NCBI RefSeq assembly: GCF_036321535.1 | Contig: NC_087437.1 | Span: 68,884,001 to 68,948,000, forward strand | Direction of reading: 5' to 3' | Origin: Camelus dromedarius | Taxonomy: Eukaryota | DNA: 64,000 bases | Shown: positions 51,531-63,980 of the stretch, piece by piece | Layout of the letters: each line of letters starts with the position of its first letter | How positions within the stretch are numbered: the first letter of the stretch is position 1 | Translations under genes and position numbers: made by a program | The notes under the pieces: model-generated | Database searches by the model: none | Told to the model about the DNA's origin: nothing | The model's input: the letters and a program-made list of their open reading frames with translations, nothing else

Positions 51531-51689
51531 TTTGATGAATGCATATATTTAACAGGGAAAATAAAGTCTTCTCCAGGGCTAAGATCATACTATCAATTAG
51601 TGTGTATCATTTGATTTGCCATTCTTTTTCTAGTACTCGGGGACACCTCTGTAATACACGTCTCATTGAGGAAGCCAAAAATCCAAGGG

Positions 51690-51945
51690 GGCATCAACAC
51701 TTGGAGAAGAGAAGGCTGAGGCCTGTGAAGTATTGCAGTTAAGACCTGTGATAGATTATTTTAAGGAGATGTTGACAAGATGGTCACAATCTGGAGGAAG
51801 GCAGAATGAGACAAGAGACAGTCAAGTTCACTGTGAGAGAAAATAGATGAGCTGTTCTTAGAGATTTATAACAACAAGTGTTTTATAAAAGGGGTTTGGG
51901 AGCAGCATATGGAATCCCTATCAACAGAAGGGTTTAAAATCTGAT
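51690..51945 (+). mobile_element. L3/CR1 fragment
   Basis: 'ttggagaagagaaggctgagg...ggaatccctatcaacagaagggtttaaaa' resembles the CR1 ORF2 3' region. Confidence 0.45.
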
Positions 51946-52134
51946 GTTTTAAAAACCGGCCTTTATAGGTGGAAATGGTGGTCAAAGTTAGTTCGTAATC
52001 CTTCCCCCCACCAAGATCCTATATTATCTTGAGGAGGTACAGAAGGGCCTTGTGGGGTGGTATAAAGGACTGACCAAGCTCACACTGAGAAAAGACACAC
52101 ACTTCTCTCACTGTGTGTCAGAACACTCTCATTT

Positions 52135-52360
52135 TCTTCTACAGGGGTTCAGAGCACCGGCTTTGAAGCCAGGCAGCCTGGTTCACATCCTGGTTCTACC
52201 ATTTAACAGCTATTGCAGTTTAGGCACGTTGCATAGCCTCGGAGTCTAATCTGTAAAATTGGGATAATTATAATCACTGCAGCATAGTGTGGTCATGAGA
52301 ATTCGATGAGTTAATATGGCAAAGTGATTGGAAGGATGCCTGGCACACGGTAAGCCTGCA
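52135..52360 (+). mobile_element. MIR SINE, near full length
   Basis: 'ggctttgaagccaggcagcctggttcacatcctggttctaccatttaacagct...atctgtaaaattgggataat...tgcctggcacacggtaagc'. Confidence 0.85.
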
Positions 52361-54249
52361 GTGATTTAAGTTCTGTCCATCCATGCCAAGCCCTTGTTGC
52401 AAGGCGAAACAGACTAGTTGGTCTTCAGTCCAACTCTACTGCAGTCTAGATATGAAGCCCCAAAAGTTTTTAACTTCTTGCATGCAGATGCTGTAGCCAA
52501 TTCACTATTATTGGTGTTACTAAGGCTTTGCATATTATGATGATGGTAATCATTAATACTGATCATCAAAACAAATAGTATTATCTGTCCTTAGTTGAGT
52601 GTAGAGGCTTGAGTCAGATCTAGGCAGGCCAGGAGCTGTAGAGTGTAATATAAAGTGCATGGATTTGGGAATCGCTCAGACCTGGCTGTGTTCTACCTCA
52701 GCTTTTTGCTCTGACTGTGAGTGATTCACTTAACCTTTGTAAGCCCTGGTTGCCTCAACGTAGAAAAAAACGTAGAGAATAAAGAGGCTGATGGTGATGA
52801 TTTGAAATGCCATCATGGCCAAAGTAGACTCCCTTATACAGAGAAATCAGACCATGCCTACTTGTTACTGCAGAGTCTGGTATTGTGGGTAGCCACAAGG
52901 GGAAAGGGTTTTGTGTGAAAGATTTTTTTTTAATAACATGCTTAAATATTTTTTGAATAAGATAATTTATAGGTGTTGTGTCTGTCAACCCAGTTAATAC
53001 CCATTTCGCATTTTAAAAATTAAGAACCCTCTAACTACTATTTTGATTAAATTGTTTAATTGGAGGCAGAATGCAGGCTTATTGCTTGTCACTTGTATCT
53101 GATAAAGAACCTGTGTTTTCTGGTTAATTCAATTTAAAATAAATCCCATCACTTTAAATATATTAGGAGAAATGGGGAAAAGCCTTTCTCTCTTGAAAGC
53201 AACAATGGAGCGATCTTTTATTAAATGGAGAAAATGATGCTAATGCAACCTGATGGCTGGGATTTTACGACACAAAAATCAGGAAATTCAGAGTTCTGTT
53301 TCCCACAGCAACCGTAAGTCTTCTCCCCTTGAACATATGTAACATTTCATGTTACCAAATAGGCACTTACCTCTAAATTTTTCTGTGTGCACAGTGGGGC
53401 CGAATTACAGTCACCATGCGCACCAGAAATGTGAAATTCCTGACATTTGTGTACTTGAGAATTTAAGTATCAGTGATACTTTTCTTCTTTCTTCTTATTC
53501 TTTTTATTTTATATTAGTCTTTTTTAAGAATTCTTTTTAGAAATATTGACAATGTTGCCACAGCCTTCAGCCTCACGCTTCTGTGTACGATGCTGTGTGT
53601 GATGCAATAGACGTGTCCGAGAGGTTATGGCAGTTCCTTTGTGCATGAATTGGGTGCATACTGCATGTCAAACCTAGTGCTGTTCTCTTTAATTGTCCTG
53701 CAGTCTGCAACTTCCTACTTGGCCCTAAAAACCGTCCATCAGCATTGATTAAGTTCAACACCAGAGTCAACAGTGTTTCTGTGTGAAAGTGGTGTTTGGA
53801 AGAACTCACCCTGAAGTTTGCTATCATTAATATTCAGGGCCCATGTCCTGTCCTAATGTCCTTACTTGATTAAGAAAGACAGGCACAACTTGCCCTTTTG
53901 CAATTAGATTACTTTGGGTTATACTTTTCAATCTCCCACATCTCTTCACTCCATGTAACCAAAGTCCAAAACAAAAAAAACAAAACGAGGAATAAACACA
54001 ATTAGTCACTATAAAAATCCACGTCATTCCAGTTGTTAATGATACTATTCCAGATCAAATTTTTGATACTAGAAAGCAATCCACAGGGACACCTGGCCAT
54101 AGTCTCTTGCCATCAATGAACCAGAGGGAGAGGAAGTTACTTACATAGCCAGGTGCTTAGTATCTAATCTGATGGATCATTGGATTAGAAGTTCTGCTTC
54201 ATGGAATTTGTCCAAACCATCTAATCAGACAAGGACACCAAGGTATATA

Positions 54250-54700
54250 TGCGGAAACAAACATCACAGTGTAGGCTATAGACTATAATGTAAAAAAAAA
54301 AAAAACGGAGATAAACAAAATATCTGTAATAAAGACTAGTTAACCACATATTAACACAACACCATAATAAGCAGTATTTATCAATGATAAATTAGATATA
54401 TATTTATAATTGGTCATGAGAAGAGTTCCATAACACATTGTTAAATATGAAAAACAAATTTCAAAGTTCTGAATACATAACATGATATAATTTAGGAATA
54501 TGGATAGGTAAATAATAATATGTATATTCTCCTGTTTATATAGAACTTGAAAAAATATCTGGAATGATGCCTATAAAATATTGACAATGATTATCTCTGA
54601 GTGGTGGAATTTCAGATAATATTTATTTTTCTCATTATCTGTACAGTGTGACTCTTTTCCAGTAGCTATATTATCATTTCTATTATCAGAAAAATTAATT
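54250..54700 (+). mobile_element. Old L1 (L1ME-like) 3' end
   Basis: 'aaaaaatatctggaatgatgcctataaaatattgacaatgattatctctgagtggtggaatttcagataatatttatttt'. Confidence 0.7.
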
Positions 54701-55964
54701 AAATTGCTTTAAAACAATTGTATGTGTATGCATTCTACATAAATACATATCTATAGATATGTATGCCTAATTTGATGTCTTTCACGATTGTAGAGTGAAT
54801 ACACATTGACCACAGACTCTGGCATGGTCAGAGTTCACAGAAGCCAACACTTGAACCTTTGCTTTTGGACCAGGTCATGACAGTTCATTGGCCTCAAGTA
54901 AAAATAGAGTCCTACCTAAAGTCACTTGGGTGGGGATCCAAGGATCATAGATATAAGGCCCAGATTGTTAAGATGTTGCACTTTTAGAGGAAGCTGAGTA
55001 GAGAGGGACCTGGAAGAGTCTGGGTGTTTATTCGTGACTTGAGTGAGAGGGCGCTGGGTGCATGTGAGGGTGGGAGGACATGGTAATGGGTGCAGGTAGC
55101 AGAGCAGGTGTAAGCGGATGGGACAGAGATGAGCTGAGGGAAGCATTTTAGAGGGTCATGGAAGTAGTGGAAGATACAGATTTTAAGGATATGATTTGGA
55201 TTGATTAGCAGGAAGAGTGGCTGTCAAAAGCCTAGTCTTCGAATATAGTTCAGTCAGGATTTATTGAATGCTTGTTTACCAAAAAGCCAGCTAAGCACTG
55301 AAGCAGAGATTTAGCAATCAAGAGCAAGAAAAAGAAAGATGTCCTAATGAAATAAAGAGATAATGTGTGATGAATGAGCATGGAGGCCATGCCTAGAACA
55401 CCACGGGCAAGACTGAGCCACCTCAGCAGAAAATCTTCCATTGAAATGTTCCACATAGTCTTCCATTCTTTCCTTCTCACTGCCGTTACCCTAATCTAGG
55501 CTGTGATTGTTTTTAACTCAATCATGCAAAATGTTTGTGTCTCTGCCATTTGTTAGACATTGTAGCAAATATTTGCATCATTGTGACGAATAGCACACAT
55601 CCCTGACCTTGGAAGCTTGTAACTTGATGGGAGAAATGGAGACCCAAACAGGAGCACTTCATGAATTTGAAGTGTAATGATGTGGAGAGATGCAATGATA
55701 GAAACTAACTCAGACTGATGAAAGTTTTTTTTTTAACTATCTTATTTCTAGATTCCCTCAATGGTTTCCTAATTGGTAGACCTTTTCTTCATTCCACTCG
55801 AAGCATCTTAATGGTGGTAATAGACTCAAATGTTCTAAAAAAAAAAAAAAAAAAAAGGAGTTTCATTCTGTCACTTCCTTGTTCATGGACTTACAATGGC
55901 TCTCGATTCTTTTATACATATTTGAAACTTCCACTTTCTCACTGTTTCAGACTTCTACTCAAAC

Positions 55965-56960
55965 TCATAGTTCTTCATTCATTCATTTATTTAGCTAAAG
56001 TACTCATCCCAGCACCCTCCCCCCAACTATGGGGGACACTGAAGACGCAAAGATGCGTAAGATGTGGTCCATGTTGCTAAAAGCTTATGTGCTAGTAATA
56101 CATGGTTGAAACATATAAAAATGAGTACAATAAATGTACAATGCTGTGTAAGAGTGTATACAGGACACAGTATAAAGAAAGGACTTATGTGTTCTCTCTA
56201 CACCAAGGAGAAAAAAACTAATTTAAGAGGTAGAGCTTAGGCTAAATCTTAAAGACAAGATGGAATTTACAAATTAAAGGACAGCTTTCTTTGTTAAAGG
56301 ATGAACATGAGTCACAACATCAATAAATGAAGCAACCTATGAATTGGAAGGAGGTTGACAATGAGCTTGAGCTCAAAGTACAAGGAAAAATTAGGCTGTG
56401 GAGATGACTGACTAAAGGCTACAGCATAACAAGGACTCTTTATTTTACTATGCAGTTTGTAGTCACTGACCTCCGCTGAATGTTTCTGAGAGAGGGTGAC
56501 ATGACTAGATTTGGATTTTTGGGGCAGTATGGAATAGTGATTATTGAGAGATGAGATAAGAAACAAGGCCAATTAAGAGCCTACTGTATTTATCTGGACA
56601 AGAGTACCTCAGCGAAGGTACTAAGACAAGTTTATAAAGGAGGAGACTGATATAAGAGCAGGTAAGGATCTAGCAATAAGAACTTATAGCATAATTTCAA
56701 GATTTTTTGCTTAGTACCTGGATGGATGGTTGATATTTACTACAGAAGATATTATAAAAGATGATAAGGGGCAGAGGAGGTGATGCAGAGATGTGAAGAG
56801 ACAAGGTAATGAATTCAGTCTTAGGTATGCTGAGTTTGAGATGTTTTGGGGTAATTCAACAGACGGTTGAATATACGGATCTTAAACCTAGGAAAGAGTC
56901 CTAGGCTAGAGAAACATATTTGGAAATAACCTAAAAATTGCAATTGGAATCATGGGGGTA
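55965..56960 (-). mobile_element. L2 LINE 3' region
   Basis: Tail 'ttcattcattcatttattt', then an L2 body including 'aatgaattcagtcttaggtatgctgagtttgagatgtt'. Confidence 0.75.
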
Positions 56961-58631
56961 CATCCAATTATTCAAAAAATATTTAATGGAAGCCCGTTAT
57001 AGTCCATAGAGTCACCTGGATGCTGAGGATTTAGAAGTGAGCAAAATACAAAACAATTCCAGCCTCTTACAGAACTTGCAATTTTGCAGGGAGAGCTAAA
57101 CAGTAGTAAACAAGTAAAAGGTATAATATAGCAACTGGCGATAAGTAGGGCATGGAAGAGGGGACACAGAGCACTGGCGTGGTAGTCACAGAAGGTCCGC
57201 AGGTTTTTAAAGAGCAGTCAAGGAGGACGTCGCTAAAAGAGCAGTGCTAACAAAAGCAAAAAGAGGCGATAGAGCTGTCATCATGGGTAGAAAGAGTAAG
57301 AGAGGAGGAAACCCTGATAAGTTTGCAAGTCTCTTTTGAACTTAAAAAATGTTCAAAATATTTGTTTATGTAACTGCAATCTATCTTTGGTGCTACTTTT
57401 AAGTTTAAAATAGAAATGTCATCTGAAAAACAGTGTAAAATGCAGATTAATTGCTAGAATAATGGAAATTACCACAAATTTGGGAGGTTTGTATAAACAG
57501 TGAGAAAGGATATTGGAAATGGAGATGTTTTAGAAAAGCATTCTGGTATGTAGTTTTTATCTAGATCTATCAAAGTACGTATCTTTCCATCTGTGTACGT
57601 GTTCAAGTAAATTTGGATCACGGCTTTAAATTCGTACCTTTGGTGTCTGAGCAAGTCACCAATGGCCCTTTGCCATGGTCAGGCTGTAACATCAGGGAAC
57701 TCTATACTCCACAAGGGCTGACGTGGAAAGATCACCGAAGAGATGCCTGGAAACTTATAAAGCACGCTATCTCCAGCACTTTAATGGTTGGCTGTGTGCA
57801 TTTTTATCACAAAACTCACTTTTAGATATTGAAATTTACTGAGAACTATGTAGCCATAGTTTAATCTTTTTTTTTCTGGTAACAAAGAAGAACAAAATTT
57901 ATGGTCATTTGTGATTAATGTCCATAGAGCTCAAATAAAGTGTTAACTTTTTCTATTTATTTACATTTTTTGCATGTGTCTAAGTAAAACAGGAAGATTA
58001 TGAATGCCCAGCATGGCATTATTTTAATATGCTCAGATACTGTATCTCCTCTCCTAACCAGACAAATTGAATTTCTTGATGTAAGAGTAGTTTGTCCAGA
58101 TATCTTTATCTTTCTTGCTTGAAAGAATTCATTATATGTTACTCATTCCTGTTAACTGCATTCCTTTCTTACTAATACCTAGATATTTATTACTATTTAA
58201 TTTGGAGGTCATAATTTCCTCAAAATATTTGCTGTAACCAATGTACAACCTTTGAGTATGAGCACAATCATGAATCTCATACATTCTCACATACAGGAAA
58301 GATTAGCTGTCCTTTGCCTTTATTACTCCCAGAGACAAAACCAAATGTCCCCAAGATGCCCCCTGGGGACACTTGTGCTCCCTAAAGCTCAGCCTTCTTC
58401 TACCCAGAAATGCACTTTCTCTGTCTACAGGATTGCCATTATTATAGAAATCCAGAAATCTCAAATTTTCTATTTACCATCAGATATAAATCTCCTACTT
58501 AGCTGTTCATTACTTCCTGTTAATGGAGGTATCTGTGTGTGGATCTCGGTCATTGTTATTCATTATTAAAAAAAAAAAAAACCAGAAGCTGTTCTCCTGT
58601 TTAAATCTCCTTTTGCTATTTGTCTCCTATT

Positions 58632-58711
58632 TCTCTCTCTGTCTCTCTCTGTCTCTCTCTCTCTTTCTCTCTTTTTCTCTCTCTTTCCCTCCCCCCTCCT
58701 CTCTCTCTCTC
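58632..58711 (+). repeat. Imperfect (CT)n polypyrimidine tract
   Basis: 'tctctctctgtctctctctgtctctctctctctttctctct...'. Confidence 0.9.
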
Positions 58712-59520
58712 CATCACATAGCACTTATACTTTTGCTCTCTACTTGGTAGAAGTGGACAATTGGACGCAATTACATAGCAGCCAGTTTCACAGGCATGAA
58801 TAAATTGTCATTATATTATAGGGTATAGGAAAAAGTTAGATTAAAAAAAAACATTTCATTCTTCCCTGTCAGCTTTTCACTTCAGCTCAGCTCTGTACTA
58901 TTATCTAGGTGGGGGGCACACATGTCTTTTCCAGTGTACATCAGGCATAGTTTCCTGCTCCCAAGCCATGTTAGATGGACCCTCCTGGAGTCCACACAGT
59001 GAGTCCATTGTGGACCATGACTTGAGTTAAACTGCATGTAGTGCTGGAGCAGTGCCATTAGCCACACCAATGCTACCCCTCAACAGTGTGGGAAAACCAA
59101 GCGTTAATGGTATTTGCTTTTTGAATATTGTTATCATAAATCTCTCCATGTTCGCAGCCTTCGCAAGTAGTCTAGGGTGCTTTTTCTGCCCAGCTAACTG
59201 TGGCGTTACCCTTTATTAAAGACCTCTTATGTTTAGGCACGCGGGAACCGAAGATGGTCGATAGCCTGCAAGCTCAGGAGAAACTACCCCTTAAATGTAC
59301 AGCAGATATCTCACAAAGATACAGCAATTACACAACAAATAGCTCTTTGCTAAGCAATGAATTATAGAGCCCAATATCCTGTAATTACAAACCATTTATA
59401 TATCTGCCTAAATGACTGTGGATGCCACTTAACGTAATCACTTCGGTGATTAATCAAACATTCCGTGCGGTATAGAATGCTTCAGAGTTCACAGGTGTGC
59501 CTGTTTTTCAAATGCATGCC
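58712..59520. promoter_or_regulatory. Putative conserved non-coding enhancer block
   Basis: About 800 bp free of recognisable repeats, with multiple TAAT/AATTA cores, retained CpGs and the palindrome TGATTAATCA (59447-59456). Confidence 0.45.
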
Positions 59521-60284
59521 CTAAAGTATCAAACTGCAAAGTTGCTTGCATTTTATTTTCCCCACATTTTGCAAAGACTTATACGCTCCCACATTTTTCT
59601 TGAACTACCATGGCATTATGTTTGCTTTGGAGACATTTGGGAATATACTGTCTAAGTTTCAGTGGTTAAAAAGCTTTATTTTTAATACCTACAGTTTTCA
59701 GAACTTTGACATATACACACTTCAGGGGGTTAAACCAGAAATAAACTCATCTTGCCAAGGATTTGTTTTGGAGCAAAGCTTTAGTGGCACATTGAGCATT
59801 TGTTCTCCTGAGCGAGACCTTTAACAGCATAGCCACGGAGCAACCAAGGAATCGGGCCAAGTGCCTACCACGGTGCGTCTCGCGCAGGGTACAGATCTGC
59901 CCGAAGGCCGTGGGTCATGGGGATTAGTCCAGGACTGTTGCTCTGAGCACTTGCATTTGGGGCTGCCAAAGACTTTAGTTTAATCTTCCTGGCAACAGTA
60001 GGTGAGAGTCAAATCGGATTATTCTAAACCAATATAAGAATAATTTGAGAACAATAGCTGGCTAGGGAGAGAACATCATGCAACTGAATTACAGTAAATT
60101 ATACAGCGTCTTGCCTTGGAAGGAAAAATTTGATCACAAGACCTGCAAGTAACAATTATTACTGATTGCAGCAGACACCTCTCAGCAACTCATATGGAAG
60201 CATCCTTAGGCAATAAGCTACCTGATCCCCTCGGTTTGTACATGATCCAAATATACTACTCTGTTGATGTTTATATTATCTGGG

Positions 60285-60530
60285 AACAATAGTTAATATT
60301 TGCTGTGGCAGGCACTACCCCTAAGTGTTTTACTTATATTACTCATATTTACTTACATTAATTATAAAAATACTTACATTGTGAAGTTGATCTTCATGAT
60401 AGTAAGTTCATTACCCCATTTCGTAGATGAGGAAATGGAACATAGATCTTTTACGTACCCGGTTCATGTCAGCTAAGTGGCAGAGCTGGCTTTTCAACCC
60501 AGGCAGCCGGGCTTCTAAACACCATGCTTT
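60285..60530 (-). mobile_element. MIR SINE
   Basis: 'ttaccccatttcgtagatgaggaaatgga...cagctaagtggcagagctggcttttcaacccaggcag'. Confidence 0.8.
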
Positions 60531-61664
60531 CAAAGCTTCTCTTAAAGTCTAAAATGAGCCCTGCCTGAACTTGTATTATTAATTTAAATGGTAGATGCAT
60601 CTCAGCTGTATTTAATCTCAGAAGTCACATTCTTCCCACCAAAGCTTTTGCACACCTCTCATTTGTGCAACTGTGCAGGACTGTCTTAGAGCCCATAAAT
60701 TTTATTCCATAGTAGTTTGGACCCAACCGCACTGCTGTGCGCTATGACAGAACGGATCAGGGGACAAATAACTGGCAGTGTAACTTGTTGGTAATTTAGT
60801 GCCTGGGCGTTCAGGTAATTTACTGGCAGGATGACTGTACAGTGGACTCTTATCAGTTGCCTGCTTCCTCCTTTTGTATTCTCCTCCCCACCACCTGCTT
60901 TTTTTTTTTTTTAACACAGGGAAAAAACGTCATCCTTTGACTGTAAAAATTAGAAAGTTGAACTTCAGACATTAGCAGTTTCTTTCCCAGCATTAAAAGA
61001 GACAGAAATCCAAAACCGAAAAGCAACAAACTATTTACACAGACTTTCAAATAAATAAATTTGATATGGAAGTGTCACAGAAATCCTGGGTCATAAAAAT
61101 AACTAATGGAGAAAAGGGAGGTAAACCGTGGGGATGGAGGTGCTAGAAAGAAAAGTACAAACAACAACACAACACTTTCATCAGCACTGGGAAAATAAAA
61201 GCATTCTTCTTTCAAATGAATTTGTTCTTAATAAGTCTGTTTTTTGGTGAGGGTAATAATAAATCACATTTGATCTTACGAACATAAAATATTTACTGAG
61301 TCATGGTGGACTGGCTTTATCCAAGGCTAGCTACTGTGACAAGAGGTATGCTCAGGGGGCAAAAGCAGAGAGAAGGAATTTGATTAGTAGTAGTGAATAG
61401 AAAAGCAGAAAGTTAGGAAGCATGGACAATTTGGAAAGAGATCTTGGAATTATTTTATTATTATTGAAAGAGCAAGAGAGGAAGAAATTAACTGCCAACA
61501 GGCAGGTAGATTGAAAGTGTCTTAAAAGTGAAGAGAAGGCTCTTAAGGGAATTTTTTTCAGGTCAGGCAGATCCTAGAAAATAGGCTTGATAAATTGATT
61601 AAAAGGTTTGCTAGGAAACTCTTGCCACCAGTATGAAGTTTGAGTTGTGCTGACAGAGCAATCT

Positions 61665-61900
61665 AACTCATTCATTCATTCATTCACAGAAACAAATTTA
61701 GTGAGAACTGATACCACATAAGATGCTGTGCCAAGCGTAGCCCCTACCCTCCAGAGATCAGAATTCAGTGAAGCAAGAGCAATACCCTCCACTAGCAGTG
61801 TTGCAAAAGTGCTACATTAGACCACGCACACAGTGCCAGTGGGTTACTGCAGAGGGAAAGAACGAGATGGCTGGAAAAGAATTGACAATAGAGGTACCTA
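61665..61900 (-). mobile_element. L2 LINE 3' end
   Basis: (CATT)n tail at 61669-61686 followed by 'cccctaccctccagagatcagaattcagtg'. Confidence 0.65.
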
Positions 61901-62789
61901 TGACCTGGCCTAGGTAGGCATGAGCTTCCAGGGAGAAAGGGAAGAGTCTAACATGACCAGGCATGACCTCGTGGATTTGGACAGGATCGACAGTGCCTAG
62001 CACTCTTTCTCTTTTGTTAATAAACATGGAGTCATTCAAGACACTTTTTTGATGATTTGTAATGAATTGGGCCCCGTATAGTCTGCTCAGGATGCCAAGA
62101 AGAAGCTTTCTCTGTTTCCAAGGGTTCTGATTAAGCTGGGGTGAGGTAACAGACCAATCAATGAACAGATAAATTATGATACAACCAGATATGACTGATA
62201 AAATCAGTCAGAGCATTAGGGAGTAAAATTCTGCCTCGAGGTGACATTTGAACAAGGCTTAAATTGATGGGGGGAGTTTGGCAGGTAGAGGAAAACATTC
62301 CAGGGTGAGAGACCAGCATGTAGAAAGGCCTGGAGTTCTGCTTTGTGAGATATAATTAGAAACGAATCGCACATCCCACACCCAACTTCCGTTGTTGGTT
62401 TGCCTTGTGTGGGCTGGGTTCTGACACTGGCAGCCTCCAAGGGGAAATTATGCTGCTTTTCCTATCTTCTGTTGATTCTTTTCCCCTAAATTGGAAAGTG
62501 GTACCCTATCTAGTGGGCCTATGACAAGCATCTTCTTTTTTCAGCAGAATTGCATTCCATTGCACCTCTCATTAAACTGTCATTTTGCATAATTTAAGAC
62601 ACTAATTTTAAGTCAGCACAACACAGTCTGTCATCTATTCCATCCATTTAGCTCGATCTTTAACTTTGTTTTTGCCTCCTTTCTTTGAGATGTCAATCTG
62701 CATCTCATTGTGTGGGTTTGCACCTGTGTATGTGTGTATGTATGTGTTTGTATATGTGTCAGATTCTGCATTATTTTTATACCTTAAAT

Positions 62790-63205
62790 AAACATTTTAT
62801 TTGAAAAAAATAAGACTTTAAAAAGTAGATAGAATACTATGTATTCAGCAGGTTCAACAACTATCAATTCCTGAGTAATTTTACTTCATCTCTATCCACA
62901 CCCCATCTCTCTTCCAATAATTTTGAAGTCAGTTTTCACATCATTTCATCTGAAAATATTTTAGTACATTTTTCTAAAAGATAGGTATGTTTTAAAATAC
63001 AACTATGATACCAAATCACTCTGTAAGCTAACAATAATTCCTGAATACCAAATATTCAGTCAGTATTCACATTTCCCTAATTTATAAACATGGTAGGTAG
63101 CTAAATAGCTCCATAGCTAGATACCACAGGTTGTCTGAATCAAGTTCTAAGTCATTTTCATTTCCACTGTGATTGGTTAATAATATAGCTCCAGTCTCTT
63201 ATAAT
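62790..63205 (-). mobile_element. Old L1 (L1MC-like) 3' end
   Basis: 'ttttatttgaaaaaaataagac...ttttgaagtc...catcatttcatctgaaaatattttagta...aacaataattcctgaataccaaatattcagtcagtattcacatttccc'. Confidence 0.7.
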
Positions 63206-63209
63206 CAAT

Positions 63210-63411
63210 AGTAGGGATCAGTAACAATAGCCCATGGACCATATGTAGCATATAACCTGCTTTTATAAATAAAATTTTATTGAAACATTGTATGTTATAT
63301 GTGACTGCTTTTCATGATACAACTTCAGTGTTGAATCGTTGTGATCAAGATTGTATCTCCTGCAAAGCTGAAAATATCTGTCCCTGGGCAGTAAAAATTT
63401 TCTGACTCCTA
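63210..63411. mobile_element. MER58A-like hAT-Charlie MITE
   Basis: 'cctgcttttataaataaaattttattgaaaca...cagtgttgaatcgttgtga...cctgcaaagctgaaaatat...aaaattttctgactcct'. Confidence 0.7.
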
Positions 63412-63809
63412 ATTTGTGGTTCCCCCAACTCATTTTCATCTCATTTGAAACGCAAAGTTATTCAGGACACCAAGTGCCTTCAAAAACATGGAAATCGGTT
63501 TGCCCACAGAGAGTGAAATTTTGAGTCTCAAATCTGGCTGTAGAAGGGGGCTGTACCCCCTCCCCTGGCTTTTTAAAAACAAAATTGCATCTTGCAAGCT
63601 ACAAACTCCTTTGGAGGGTTGCTGAAAAGAAGCAGACATAGGAAGGAGATATAGCTTGGCTCAGTCTTTGCCAAGTGGAAGTAACTTGCAAAGGTCACTA
63701 CCTCAGGTCGCCAACATTATACGTCTGTGCTGCTGTACTCAAAGATGATCAAGTCTTGGGGACTAACTTAACTCCCACCTAACTCAGCTTCTTGTCAGCC
63801 TAATAATTG

Positions 63810-63980
63810 GCAACAACAATGATAAGATTTTAACATTTAATTGGAATTCAAATGTATTTCTAGCACTACTCTAAATATGTGTAACAATTAATTTAATTCT
63901 CATCCATACACGTTGTTATTAACTCCACTTTATAGAGGTGGAAACTAACTCATGGAGAAGTTGATGGAAGTCTCAGGCTG
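63810..63980 (-). mobile_element. MIR SINE
   Basis: 'atttaattctcatcc...ccactttatagaggtggaaactaactcatggagaagtt'. Confidence 0.7.

Noticed and set aside
62375..62413. Bulged hairpin CCCACAC/CCAAC...GTTGG/GTGTGGG
   Set aside because: Short helices with a large asymmetric bulge. It is not miRNA-like and is plausible by chance.
429..63639. The remaining 60-145 aa ORFs in the ORF track
   Set aside because: Low-complexity or repeat-derived translations, many antisense to L1 or within L2/MIR. No protein family is recognisable and there is no consistent splice-site framing.
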